This document shows positions 51,416 to 59,812 of a stretch of DNA of 64,000 nt, one piece after another. This DNA is from Pseudomonadales bacterium (GTDB lineage: Bacteria; Pseudomonadota; Gammaproteobacteria; Pseudomonadales; Azotimanducaceae). Location of the stretch: the NCBI GenBank assembly GCA_021295895.1, contig JAGWBM010000029.1, forward strand, positions 25,857 through 89,856, written 5' to 3'. Within the stretch, counting starts at the first letter, position 1, and each line of letters begins with the position of its first letter. Both the position numbers and the translations under genes were made by a program. The notes under the pieces are model-generated. The model was not told where the DNA came from, made no database searches, and saw nothing but the letters and a program-made list of their open reading frames with translations.

Positions 51416-53092
51416 ATGAAACGCTTGGGCGAGTTGCTCGTCGAACGCAACGCCATCCAGCCTTCCGACCTCGAGAAGGCTCTCTACATCCAGAGGACGG
51501 CTGGCGGGAAACTTGGTGCGCTGCTGGTCCGGACCGGCGCGATCTCCGAGGACGTGCTCCTTGCGACGCTGTCGGACCAGTTGGGGGTCGTCTATCTCCG
51601 TGACGCCGACGACCTGCCCGAGCAACTCGACGTCTACCGCGCCATGGCCGAGTCGCCCATCAAGCTCGATTGGCTCTTGGACCACGCGACCGTGCTTTGG
51701 GAGCGGGATGGCACCATCTGCTGCACCGCCAAGGACACTCGCGACCACGCCTTGGAGGAGACCTTCAACTATTTCTATCCCGGCGAAGAGATCACCTACT
51801 ACCTGGCACCCAACCACCAGATCGACCGGATGCTGGACGGTGTGCGCAAGGAGCGGGCCATCGAGGACCTGTTCTCCGGCGACGATGCCAAGGCGCTGCG
51901 CGAGATGGCGGAAGAGGCGCCGGTCATCGAGTTGGTCAACAACCTCCTGTCGACGGCCGTGGATCTCGGGGCCTCCGACATCCACGTCGAGCCCATGGAG
52001 GAACAGTTCGTCGTCCGCATGCGGGTCGACGGTGTGCTCCACACCCGACTGACCCAGCCCATCGACCGTTTCCCGGCGGTGGCGTCGCGCATCAAGCTGA
52101 TTGCCGGAATCGACATCGCCCAACGCCGTCTCCCCCAGGACGGGGGCATCAGGGAACGCATCTCGGGCAGGAACATGGATATCCGGGTCTCCACCGTTCC
52201 GTGCACCTTCGGCGAGTCCATCGTGCTGCGCATGCTCGACCAGGAACGTGGCGACCAGGCGCTCGAGAACCTCGGCATGGAGCCCGACCACCTGACGATG
52301 TTCCGAGGCTGGCTGCGTGCCAGCAACGGCATCGTGCTCGTCACCGGTCCAACGGGCTCGGGCAAATCCACGACGCTAGCGGCGGCGATCGAAGACATCG
52401 ACGACGGGATCAAGAAGATCATCACCGTCGAGGATCCGGTCGAATACCAGATGCCGAGCATCACCCAGATCCAGGTGCACGCCGAGATCGGCTACACCTT
52501 CGCAACGGCCCTCCGGCACATCCTGCGCCAGGACCCGGACGTCATCATGATCGGCGAGATCCGTGACCTCGAGACCGCCGAAATCGCCATCCGTTCGGCG
52601 CTAACCGGCCACGTCGTCCTGTCGACGGTCCACACCAACGACGCCGTGTCGAGTTTCACCCGCCTGATCGACATGGGCGTGGAACGTTTTCTGGTCGCCT
52701 CGCCGACCAACGGCGTCCAAGCCCAGCGCCTCGTCCGGCGGGTGTGCTCCCATTGCGCCGAACCCATCGACGAACCCGCCTTGGCCATGGAACTCGTACA
52801 CGCGGCAACCGCCCATCAACTTGGGACTCAGTGGGTCCGCGCCGTCGGCTGCGATGCCTGCCAACACACGGGCTATCGCGGGCGAATGGGCATCTACGAA
52901 CTGGTGCCCATCAACACGGAACTCCAGGACATGATCGTCTCAGGCGCGTCGCTGATCGAGTTGAAGCGTTTCGCCCACGATGACCAGGGCCACCGCACCC
53001 TGCTCCAGGACGGCCTGCTCAAGGCATCGCAGGGCCGGACCACGGTAGAAGAGGTCCTGCGTCAGACACTGACGGGCACCGACGAAACGTAG
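51416..53092 (+). CDS. gspE: Type II secretion ATPase GspE/XpsE
   Basis: 558 aa. N-terminal T2SSE_N-like domain, Walker A GPTGSGKST, Asp/His boxes, tetracysteine CSHC...CDAC motif. Confidence 0.92.
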   Translation: MKRLGELLVERNAIQPSDLEKALYIQRTAGGKLGALLVRTGAISEDVLLATLSDQLGVVYLRDADDLPEQLDVYRAMAESPIKLDWLLDHATVLWERDGTICCTAKDTRDHALEETFNYFYPGEEITYYLAPNHQIDRMLDGVRKERAIEDLFSGDDAKALREMAEEAPVIELVNNLLSTAVDLGASDIHVEPMEEQFVVRMRVDGVLHTRLTQPIDRFPAVASRIKLIAGIDIAQRRLPQDGGIRERISGRNMDIRVSTVPCTFGESIVLRMLDQERGDQALENLGMEPDHLTMFRGWLRASNGIVLVTGPTGSGKSTTLAAAIEDIDDGIKKIITVEDPVEYQMPSITQIQVHAEIGYTFATALRHILRQDPDVIMIGEIRDLETAEIAIRSALTGHVVLSTVHTNDAVSSFTRLIDMGVERFLVASPTNGVQAQRLVRRVCSHCAEPIDEPALAMELVHAATAHQLGTQWVRAVGCDACQHTGYRGRMGIYELVPINTELQDMIVSGASLIELKRFAHDDQGHRTLLQDGLLKASQGRTTVEEVLRQTLTGTDET

Positions 53093-53155
53093 ACCGCTAG
53101 CCCCGTGGCCGACTCTTCCTGCTGGCCCGACTCGTACACTTGTGTTTATTCCGGA

Positions 53156-53200
53156 CTCGGACACACACCGCCTTTGGTGATGTTGCGGTGGTGTCACCCG
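53156..53200. repeat. Solo copy of the CTCGGACACACACC family with its own hairpin
   Basis: CTCGGACACACACCGC-CTTTGGTGATGTT-GCGGTGGTGTCAC in the 382-bp gspE-gspF spacer. Confidence 0.7.
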
Positions 53201-53474
53201 CCCCCACCGCCAAACGCCCCGGATTGAGCGCCTGCCCCCCCTGTGCTACGTTGCCGACGTCGAGGCCCGAGGATGGATCCATGGGCGAAGCACTCGCATT
53301 GACGTTGACCGCATTGCGCACCAAGTCGAGGTGCGACCGCGCCACTGGCGGAACTTCCCGCGAACCCCGGGGTCTACATGCCCACTTGCGTGCCGGCATC
53401 CTCGGGGGGAGCGCCGCCGGACGCTGTAGGCAACCCGAGCGAGCACACAGGATCCCGTTGCTCCTGCTACCAAT

Positions 53475-54671
53475 ATGCCCCAGTACGACTACGAGATCGT
53501 CAACGGCGAAGGCGAACTGACCAAGGGCCAGATCGAGGCCGCGTCGCCCGCGGAGGTCGCCCGCCGCCTTGGCAGCGACGGCCAAACGCTGGTCGGCGTC
53601 AAGGAATCCCCGGCCACCACGCTTCCGACTTTCCGTCGGCGACTACGCACCGTCGACCTGGTGATCGCCTTCCGCGAACTCGCGACGCTGCTGTCTTCCG
53701 GCGTGTCCTTGGGCGACGCGGTGATCTCACAGAGCAAGGGCAGCTACCACCCGCAGCTGGTTGCCGCGTTCGACGAGATCTCCAAGGAACTGATGCGCGG
53801 CGCCAACTTCCTCGGCGCCGTCCGCGCCGCCAAGCTGCCATTGCCCGACCATCTCTACCACCTTGTCGAGGCCGGCGAGCTGAGCGGTCACCTCGCCGAA
53901 TCGCTCACCCGCGCGGTCGAGCAGATGGAATACGACCGCCACGTGGCCGGCGAGCTACGCAGTGCGCTCACCTACCCCGCGATCCTCGTCGCGTCCTGCG
54001 CGGCTGCGGTGCTCGCGGTGTTCTTCTTCGTCGTCCCGGAGTTCGTGCACCTGCTCGAGGGCGACGCCGAACTGCCGCTCGTCTCGGAACTCGTTCTCGG
54101 TACCGGCGCCTGGTTCAACGACAACCGCTGGCTGGTCGTCGCGATCGTGATCGCCGTGGCGTTCACCGTCGCCGCCCTGTTCAGGAACCCGAACATACGC
54201 CAACGGTTCGTGGACACCCTGGCCCGCCTACCCCTGCTCGGGCAATGGTATTCGGAGACCGACACCGCCAAGTGGGCGATGGTGATGAGCGCCATGCTGA
54301 CGAGCCGGGTCGAACTGGTCGGCGCCTTGGGCCTCGCGGCCCGCGGCGTGCGGGTCTCCCGACGCCGGGCCATGCTCGACCGGGCATTGGCGGACGTGCG
54401 CGGTGGCGAAACCCTGTCGACCGCGCTCGAGAAGCAGGATGCGCTCACCGCCACCGGCTACAACCTCATCCGGGTCGGCGAACAGTCGGGACAACTCCCC
54501 GAGATGATGCGTTCCCTCGCGACCCTCTACGAGGAGAACAGTTCGCGGCGCATGAAGCGCGTCCTCACCCTCATCGAACCCGTGGCGATCCTCGCCATCG
54601 GCGCGTTCATCGGCACCATCTTCATCGGCGTAATACTCGCAATAACGGCGGTCAACAATGTCCCATTCTGA
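53475..54671 (+). CDS. gspF: Type II secretion inner-membrane platform protein GspF/XpsF
   Basis: 398 aa. Duplicated GspF domain architecture with three TM segments. Position after gspE. Confidence 0.9.
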   Translation: MPQYDYEIVNGEGELTKGQIEAASPAEVARRLGSDGQTLVGVKESPATTLPTFRRRLRTVDLVIAFRELATLLSSGVSLGDAVISQSKGSYHPQLVAAFDEISKELMRGANFLGAVRAAKLPLPDHLYHLVEAGELSGHLAESLTRAVEQMEYDRHVAGELRSALTYPAILVASCAAAVLAVFFFVVPEFVHLLEGDAELPLVSELVLGTGAWFNDNRWLVVAIVIAVAFTVAALFRNPNIRQRFVDTLARLPLLGQWYSETDTAKWAMVMSAMLTSRVELVGALGLAARGVRVSRRRAMLDRALADVRGGETLSTALEKQDALTATGYNLIRVGEQSGQLPEMMRSLATLYEENSSRRMKRVLTLIEPVAILAIGAFIGTIFIGVILAITAVNNVPF

Positions 54672-55233
54672 CAACTTCCACGAAACGGGAGGGGCGACCC
54701 TTGCAGTCGCCCGCATCGTAATCCGGCGTTCGCGTCGACACGGGACGGGACAAGCCCGTCCGCTACGTTCGCCCCGCACGAACCGCCTGTTCCGCGCCGT
54801 TCGTTGCGCGCCCCGCGGCTTCTCATTGGTCGAACTCCTCGTCGTACTGGTCATCCTCGGCCTGCTCATCGGCCTGGTCGCCCCGAACTTCATGGGCCGG
54901 GCCGAACAAAGCCGCGGCGATGTCGCCAAGGTGCAAGTGGAATACCTCCACGGCGCACTCAAGACCTACCGCATGGACGTAGGCCGGTTCCCATCCACGG
55001 AACAAGGCCTGGGGGCGCTCATGCGGGCACCGACGGAAGTCGCGGACTACTGGCGAGGCCCCTACCTCGACAAGGAACTGCCCCTCGATCCCTGGCGCAA
55101 TCAGTACCAATACCGCTATCCCGCCGACAACCTACAAGGCCTCGCGCTCTATTCGTTCGGCGCGGATGGCGCCGAAGGCGGGGAGGGCAACGACGCCGAT
55201 ATCGGCTACCTGCCGGAGGCGACGACCGAATAG
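54658..55233 (+). CDS. gspG: Major pseudopilin GspG/XpsG (translation start unresolved)
   Basis: Prepilin site RG|FSLVELLVVLVILGLL at 54817-54822, then canonical GspG (DPWRNQYQYRYP...YSFGADGAEGGEGNDADIGY). The only in-frame ATG/GTG/TTG is ATG 54658, which would give a 53-aa leader running through a REP doublet. Confidence 0.85.
   Translation: MSHSDNFHETGGATLAVARIVIRRSRRHGTGQARPLRSPRTNRLFRAVRCAPRGFSLVELLVVLVILGLLIGLVAPNFMGRAEQSRGDVAKVQVEYLHGALKTYRMDVGRFPSTEQGLGALMRAPTEVADYWRGPYLDKELPLDPWRNQYQYRYPADNLQGLALYSFGADGAEGGEGNDADIGYLPEATTE
54688..54766. repeat. REP doublet (A + 29 nt + B) at the gspF/gspG junction
   Basis: GGAGGGGCGACCCTTGCAGTCGCCC at 54688-54712. GGGACGGGACAAGCCCGTCCGCTAC at 54742-54766. 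Confidence 0.88.
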
Positions 55234-55335
55234 CTGCGTGCGTGCGCGCTGCTCGCGGCTTGTACATATACATATATAAATGGGTACTCTCGATACAAAT
55301 CCGTCGCGAAGACCTCAACGGGGCGTTGGGGCTGC

Positions 55336-55557
55336 GGGACGGGACAAGCCCGTCCCCTACGGTCGTGACCCATGCGTCCGTGTGTGTGCCCGGCGGGGCG
55401 AACGGGTCCGTAGGGGCGACCCTTGCGGTCGCCCGAATCGCGAGGTGGCGGCTGTGGGCACGGGACGGGACAAGCCCGTCCCCTACGGTCGTGACCCAAA
55501 TGCAGGCGTGTGTGCCCGGGTGGACCGGATCCGTGCGGACGCCCCTTGCAGACGCCC
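55336..55557. repeat. Four-REP cluster (B-A-B-A') = tandem duplication of a ~125-bp composite unit
   Basis: B at 55336-55360, A at 55410-55434, B at 55462-55486, degenerate A at 55533-55557. Each B is followed by TCGTGACCCA...GTGTGTGCCCGG. Confidence 0.88.
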
Positions 55558-55981
55558 GTATCGACGGCTGGCATCCGGGATCACCCTGATCGAACTCCTC
55601 GTCGTCCTGGCACTCCTCGGCGTCCTCGCCGCCGTGGCGCTCCCGAATCTCGAGCGACTGACCGCCAGCGTCACCCGGGACACCCAGCGCGAGCACATCC
55701 TCAACCAATTCGCCGAACTCGGCGCCGCCGCCATGCTCGACGGACTCGATTACGTGGTCGTCGGAACCGATGCGCCGGACGGCGAGGCCATCGACGCCCT
55801 CGTCGGCCGGACGCGTTATCCGCTCGACGTCCCGGGCGGCTGGGAAGTCCTCATCGACGAACCGATCCTGGCCCGTGCCAACGGCGTATGCCTCGGCGGC
55901 GCCGTGACCTTGCTCCACGAGGAACTCGAACCGCTCTCCCTCGAACTAACAGCCCCCTTCTGCCGGGTCGATGCGTCCTAA
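55520..55981 (+). CDS. gspH: Minor pseudopilin, GspH/XpsH position (start uncertain)
   Basis: Prepilin site SG|ITLIELLVVLALLGVLAAVALP. The nearest in-frame start is GTG 55520 (19-aa leader), inside the degenerate REP. The frame is open back to ATG 55280. Confidence 0.7.
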   Translation: MDRIRADAPCRRPYRRLASGITLIELLVVLALLGVLAAVALPNLERLTASVTRDTQREHILNQFAELGAAAMLDGLDYVVVGTDAPDGEAIDALVGRTRYPLDVPGGWEVLIDEPILARANGVCLGGAVTLLHEELEPLSLELTAPFCRVDAS

Positions 55982-56480
55982 ACGCCCCAAAGTTCACCGA
56001 AGGCGGACAAGCTGGCGACACACCGTCCCCGCGGTGCGCGTGGCCAAGCCCACGTTCCGGCGGCGCACCGCCGGCTTCACCCTGCTCGAGAGCATCGTCG
56101 CACTCGCGATCTTCGCGGCCAGCGGCATGGCCCTCTACGGCCTCTTCAACACCAACCTGATCACCCTCAACCGCACCGCGGACGTTTCCCGCCAGGTGGT
56201 TGTGGTGCGCAATGCCATGGACTACCTGTCGGCCATCAACCCCCACGACAAGCCCGAGGGCGAAGTGGAACTCGGCGGCGTCGACGTCGCCTGGCAATCG
56301 AACCTCGTCGAGCCGATCCGTCACGGCCAGAACACCATCGGCGGCCGCGGCGACTTCGATATCGGACTCTACGAGGTCGAGTTCGCCGTCACCGACGACG
56401 GCCGCTCCCTCGGCACCTGGCGCATGCGCGTCGCGGGCTACGAGAAAGTCCGCGGCATCTTCCCGGGTCAGGATTTCTGA
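55971..56480 (+). CDS. gspI: Minor pseudopilin GspI/XpsI
   Basis: AG|FTLLESIVALAIFAASG prepilin motif. Small GspI-like size. Candidate starts are ATG 55971 or GTG 56034/56040. Confidence 0.75.
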   Translation: MRPKRPKVHRRRTSWRHTVPAVRVAKPTFRRRTAGFTLLESIVALAIFAASGMALYGLFNTNLITLNRTADVSRQVVVVRNAMDYLSAINPHDKPEGEVELGGVDVAWQSNLVEPIRHGQNTIGGRGDFDIGLYEVEFAVTDDGRSLGTWRMRVAGYEKVRGIFPGQDF

Positions 56481-57322
56481 TGCCCCCCCGGAACCTGCAC
56501 CATCAACGTGGTCACCTCAGCCGCGCAGCCGGCATGACCCTCGTCGAAACCCTGGTCACCTTCGTCATCCTGGGCTTCCTCACCACCCTCATCCTGCAAG
56601 CCGTCGGCTTCTTCGCAGCCCGCTACGAGGGCGTCCAGCGCGTGCACCGCGTCGCCGCCCTGGAGTCGCTGCAGCAAAACTGGTTCGCGACCTCCGTGCA
56701 GGGCTTCGTTCCCTACGGCGTCCACGCCCGCCGCTTCCAAGGACAACCGACCCGCTTCGAGGGCATGACCCTGGAACCCCTCCATGCCCAAGCCGGCACG
56801 CCGGTCACCGTGCGCTGGTCCATCACCGAAGACGGCGTGCTCTACTCGGAGTCCCTCGCACCATCGGTCCCCGGCATCGAATGGCCCATCCGTGGCTCGG
56901 ACACTTCCGTACGACCCCAATCCCGTCCTCAAGCGGACACACGCGAAATTTTCGATATCGATTTGAGATCACGCCGTTTGGCACCCGGGTACCCCGACGC
57001 ACGCCAGGGCGATCTCGTTTTCCACTACGCCGACGCGTTCGCCAACTGGTACGACCACTGGCCCCCGCGCCCCGACGCGGATCCCGTGCCCGGCACCGCA
57101 CCACGGCCGGGGCAGGCGGCACCCCAGAGCATCGACGACCTCATCGACGCGCTGGCGGAGACGGCCACGGTCAGGGTCTCGTCGGACGATCCGCTCCTCG
57201 ACCCGGCGAACGACTGGACCCCGCGTCTCATCCGCCTCTTCTCCGCCGAAGAAGGCACCATCTGGCTCGCCCGGGTGGAGCCGTCCGCCCGTCCGCTGCT
57301 TACCGACGTGGACGTCGAATGA
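56480..57322 (+). CDS. gspJ: Minor pseudopilin GspJ/XpsJ (long, 280 aa)
   Basis: AG|MTLVETLVTFVILGFL prepilin motif. The ATG shares one nt with the gspI stop. A C7 tract directly follows the start codon. Confidence 0.7.
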   Translation: MPPRNLHHQRGHLSRAAGMTLVETLVTFVILGFLTTLILQAVGFFAARYEGVQRVHRVAALESLQQNWFATSVQGFVPYGVHARRFQGQPTRFEGMTLEPLHAQAGTPVTVRWSITEDGVLYSESLAPSVPGIEWPIRGSDTSVRPQSRPQADTREIFDIDLRSRRLAPGYPDARQGDLVFHYADAFANWYDHWPPRPDADPVPGTAPRPGQAAPQSIDDLIDALAETATVRVSSDDPLLDPANDWTPRLIRLFSAEEGTIWLARVEPSARPLLTDVDVE

Positions 57323-58356
57323 CCCGGCGGGAAGGTTTCATCCTCGCGGCCACCCTCTGGGCGCTGGTCGCGCTCACCGTGGTCGCCGCCTACATCAACG
57401 GCGTGACCCGCACCAACGTGGACAACGCCGACCGCGCCAAGCGGATGCTGCAAAGCGAACTCGATCGCCGCGGCACCGAAGCCACGCTGCTCTACCTGCT
57501 CTCCACCAACCGCATGAACCACCGCAACCTCGTGCTCGAGTCCGAGCAGCACTTCGACATCGACGACCAGATCCTCACAGGCGACGGGGACGCCACCCTG
57601 AGCCTCGCCAGCGACCCGTACCAGGGCCTCGGCGAAGTCGCCTTCTCCCTCCAGGACGAGACGGGCCTGGTGTCCATCAACACCCCCAGCGAACCCCTGA
57701 TGGCCCGCGCCCTCGAAAGCCTGGGTGTCGCCCCCAAGATTGCCGCCGGCCTAATGCCGCGCATCCGTGACTACATCGACAAAGACCACATCCTGACGCT
57801 CGACGGCGCCGAAGACTACGACTACGCCAAGGCCGATCGGCCGCCCCCCGCGAACTGGCATCTCACCACCGCGATGGAGTTGAACCGCGTGCTCGGCGCC
57901 GACGGCATCCTGGACCGCGCCCAATGGCAGCGCCTGCGCGCCATGACCACGCCGCGAACACTCGCCGCCGTCAACTTCAACACCATGCCGCCCGAAGTCG
58001 CCGCCGCGATCCTCGAGACCGACGTCGACAACCTCGCCGAGTTCCTGGCCGCCCGGGAGGAGGAGTCCCTCTCCCGGCTTGATCGCATCCGCGAACTGAC
58101 GGGACAATACGCCGAGGTCGACTCCGGGCTGATCGCCACCGTGCCCTCCGTCTTCCTGAGGATGACCACTTGGTGGCAGCACGGCGGACCACGGACGGTC
58201 GTCGGCATCACCCTCACGCCCTCGACGCCAATCGGGCCACCGGCCGCCGCACCGTGGCGCAAGGAGTACCGCTATTCCGAGCCAGCCGACCACACGGGGA
58301 CGCTTCGCCAGGCGGCGACGCCACTCCTCGGCGGGCAACCCGGGGATCCGACATGA
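57319..58356 (+). CDS. gspK: Minor pseudopilin GspK/XpsK
   Basis: ATGA overlap with the gspJ stop. MTRREGFILAATLWALVALTVVAAY (no Glu+5, as in GspK). 345 aa. SAM-like middle region. Confidence 0.75.
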   Translation: MTRREGFILAATLWALVALTVVAAYINGVTRTNVDNADRAKRMLQSELDRRGTEATLLYLLSTNRMNHRNLVLESEQHFDIDDQILTGDGDATLSLASDPYQGLGEVAFSLQDETGLVSINTPSEPLMARALESLGVAPKIAAGLMPRIRDYIDKDHILTLDGAEDYDYAKADRPPPANWHLTTAMELNRVLGADGILDRAQWQRLRAMTTPRTLAAVNFNTMPPEVAAAILETDVDNLAEFLAAREEESLSRLDRIRELTGQYAEVDSGLIATVPSVFLRMTTWWQHGGPRTVVGITLTPSTPIGPPAAAPWRKEYRYSEPADHTGTLRQAATPLLGGQPGDPT

Positions 58357-58370
58357 CCCGAGGTGATCCC

Positions 58371-58577
58371 GTACGGACGACCCTTGCGGTCGCCCGAGTT
58401 GACGTTGGCGGACCGGCGTACACGGGACGCCACAAGGGCGTCCCCTACGTGAGCCCCGAGGGTGTCGCGGGCCATCGCCCCACGAAACGACACACCCCCG
58501 TAGGGGCGACCCTCGCGGTCGCCCCGATTGACGTTCCCGATTCGGTTCGCGCGAGACGTCCCAAGGGTGTCCCCCAC
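58371..58577. repeat. Four-REP cluster (A-B-A-B) = two tandem A-spacer-B doublets between gspK and gspL
   Basis: A' GTACGGACGACCCTTGCGGTCGCCC at 58371-58395. B' GGGACGCCACAAGGGCGTCCCCTAC at 58424-58448. A at 58500-58524. Degenerate B at about 58553-58577. Each A is followed by (A/G)TTGACGTT. Confidence 0.88.
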
Positions 58578-58615
58578 CGCCATCCCAGCGGCATCCCCGA
58601 GGGCGGACGATCCAG

Positions 58616-59812
58616 ATGAGCGACCCCGCCGAAACCGCGCCGCAGGCGGATCGCGGACCCCGCCCCGCGACCCGCGCGAGACAACTCGCCGAACCCCTGG
58701 CCAACGGGGTACGCCGCTGGCGCCGCCGTCTCGCACGCCGTCCGAACGCCATCCAGACCCGCAACGGCAGCGAGCCGCTGGACTTCAAGTCCGTCCACGC
58801 CCACTGGATCATCGGCCGCGACCTCTGCCTCTACCGTTCGGAAGATTTCGCCGCCATCCCCAGGAACCGACGCGATGCCGCCGTCGCCCTGCGCATCCCC
58901 GTCTGGAGCCCCTTCCAGCGCACCGGCCACCACTGCGTCTGGTCCGGCAGCACCGCCATGGTCTGGTTCTGGGACCAGGAGGCGGTCGACATCCGCCCGA
59001 CGGACCTCGGACTTCCGGAGACCGGGACCACGTCGACCGACCCGGCAAACCGAACCCGGACCCGCGTCCTCCCCGAGTCCGTCTTCCAACCCCGCCACGG
59101 CGCCGGCCTGCACCTGCAGGCCTGCGCCAACGGCTACGACCTCCAGTACTGGCAAGACGACGTCCTGAAGGACGCCCTCTGGCTCCCCCAGCCACCCGAC
59201 ACTGCCCGCGTCCAGGCGTTCCTCAGCCAAGCCCCGATCATGGCCGACGACGCCACGGCGTTGGCCTTCGAAACGCCGGTGACCTCGCCGACCACCTTCG
59301 CCCCAGACCCCTGGTACTCGCCCCTCACGCCGCAAGCCTGGCTGATCGCCAACGAGCGAACCCTGGTGATCGCCGGCCTCGCGATATTCGCCGCCGCCGC
59401 CGCCTTCGAGGAAGCCCGGGTCTGGCGCTACCACTTCGCCCACCAGGCCGCCGCCGCCGAACTCAGGCAGATCGACGAGGAACTCGCCCCCGTGCTGGAC
59501 GCCCGCGACGAACTCGTTGCCCTCAACCGCCGCAACGCCTTCCTGGCCGACATTCTCAACGAGCCCTCGCAGGCCGAACTCATGCTCCGCGTGGACCGAG
59601 TCCTGCCCAGCGACAGCACCGAGTTCCAGGCCTGGCGCTACCAGCAGCGCGACCTCGCCCTGACGCTGTCCGACGACACGGGCATCGACCCCGTCGCCGT
59701 CGTCACCCGCCTGCAGGCGGAACCCATGTTCAAGGATGTCCAGCCGGGCCGAGCTCAGCGCGAGGGCATCGAGATCACCCTCAACGTCGACCCGGCGGCA
59801 AACAACCCGTGA
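58616..59812 (+). CDS. gspL: GspL/XpsL-like bitopic assembly-platform protein (divergent)
   Basis: 398 aa. Cytoplasmic domain of about 260 aa, a single TM (LVIAGLAIFAAAAAF), then a periplasmic domain of about 120 aa. Position K-L-M. The call rests on topology and synteny only. Confidence 0.55.
   Translation: MSDPAETAPQADRGPRPATRARQLAEPLANGVRRWRRRLARRPNAIQTRNGSEPLDFKSVHAHWIIGRDLCLYRSEDFAAIPRNRRDAAVALRIPVWSPFQRTGHHCVWSGSTAMVWFWDQEAVDIRPTDLGLPETGTTSTDPANRTRTRVLPESVFQPRHGAGLHLQACANGYDLQYWQDDVLKDALWLPQPPDTARVQAFLSQAPIMADDATALAFETPVTSPTTFAPDPWYSPLTPQAWLIANERTLVIAGLAIFAAAAAFEEARVWRYHFAHQAAAAELRQIDEELAPVLDARDELVALNRRNAFLADILNEPSQAELMLRVDRVLPSDSTEFQAWRYQQRDLALTLSDDTGIDPVAVVTRLQAEPMFKDVQPGRAQREGIEITLNVDPAANNP

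Noticed and set aside
54804-55589. 261-aa ORF starting at TTG 54804
   Set aside because: After the first five codons it is the wrong frame of gspG and of the REP cluster, with Arg/Pro-rich translation. It is relevant only as evidence for the putative frameshift at the gspG start.
55336-58577. Possible CRISPR arrays, because short palindromic repeats recur with spacers of roughly 25-50 bp
   Set aside because: Two different repeat types alternate, spacing is irregular and the so-called spacers are themselves repeated. The same repeats are dispersed singly around the window and no cas genes are present. These are REP clusters.
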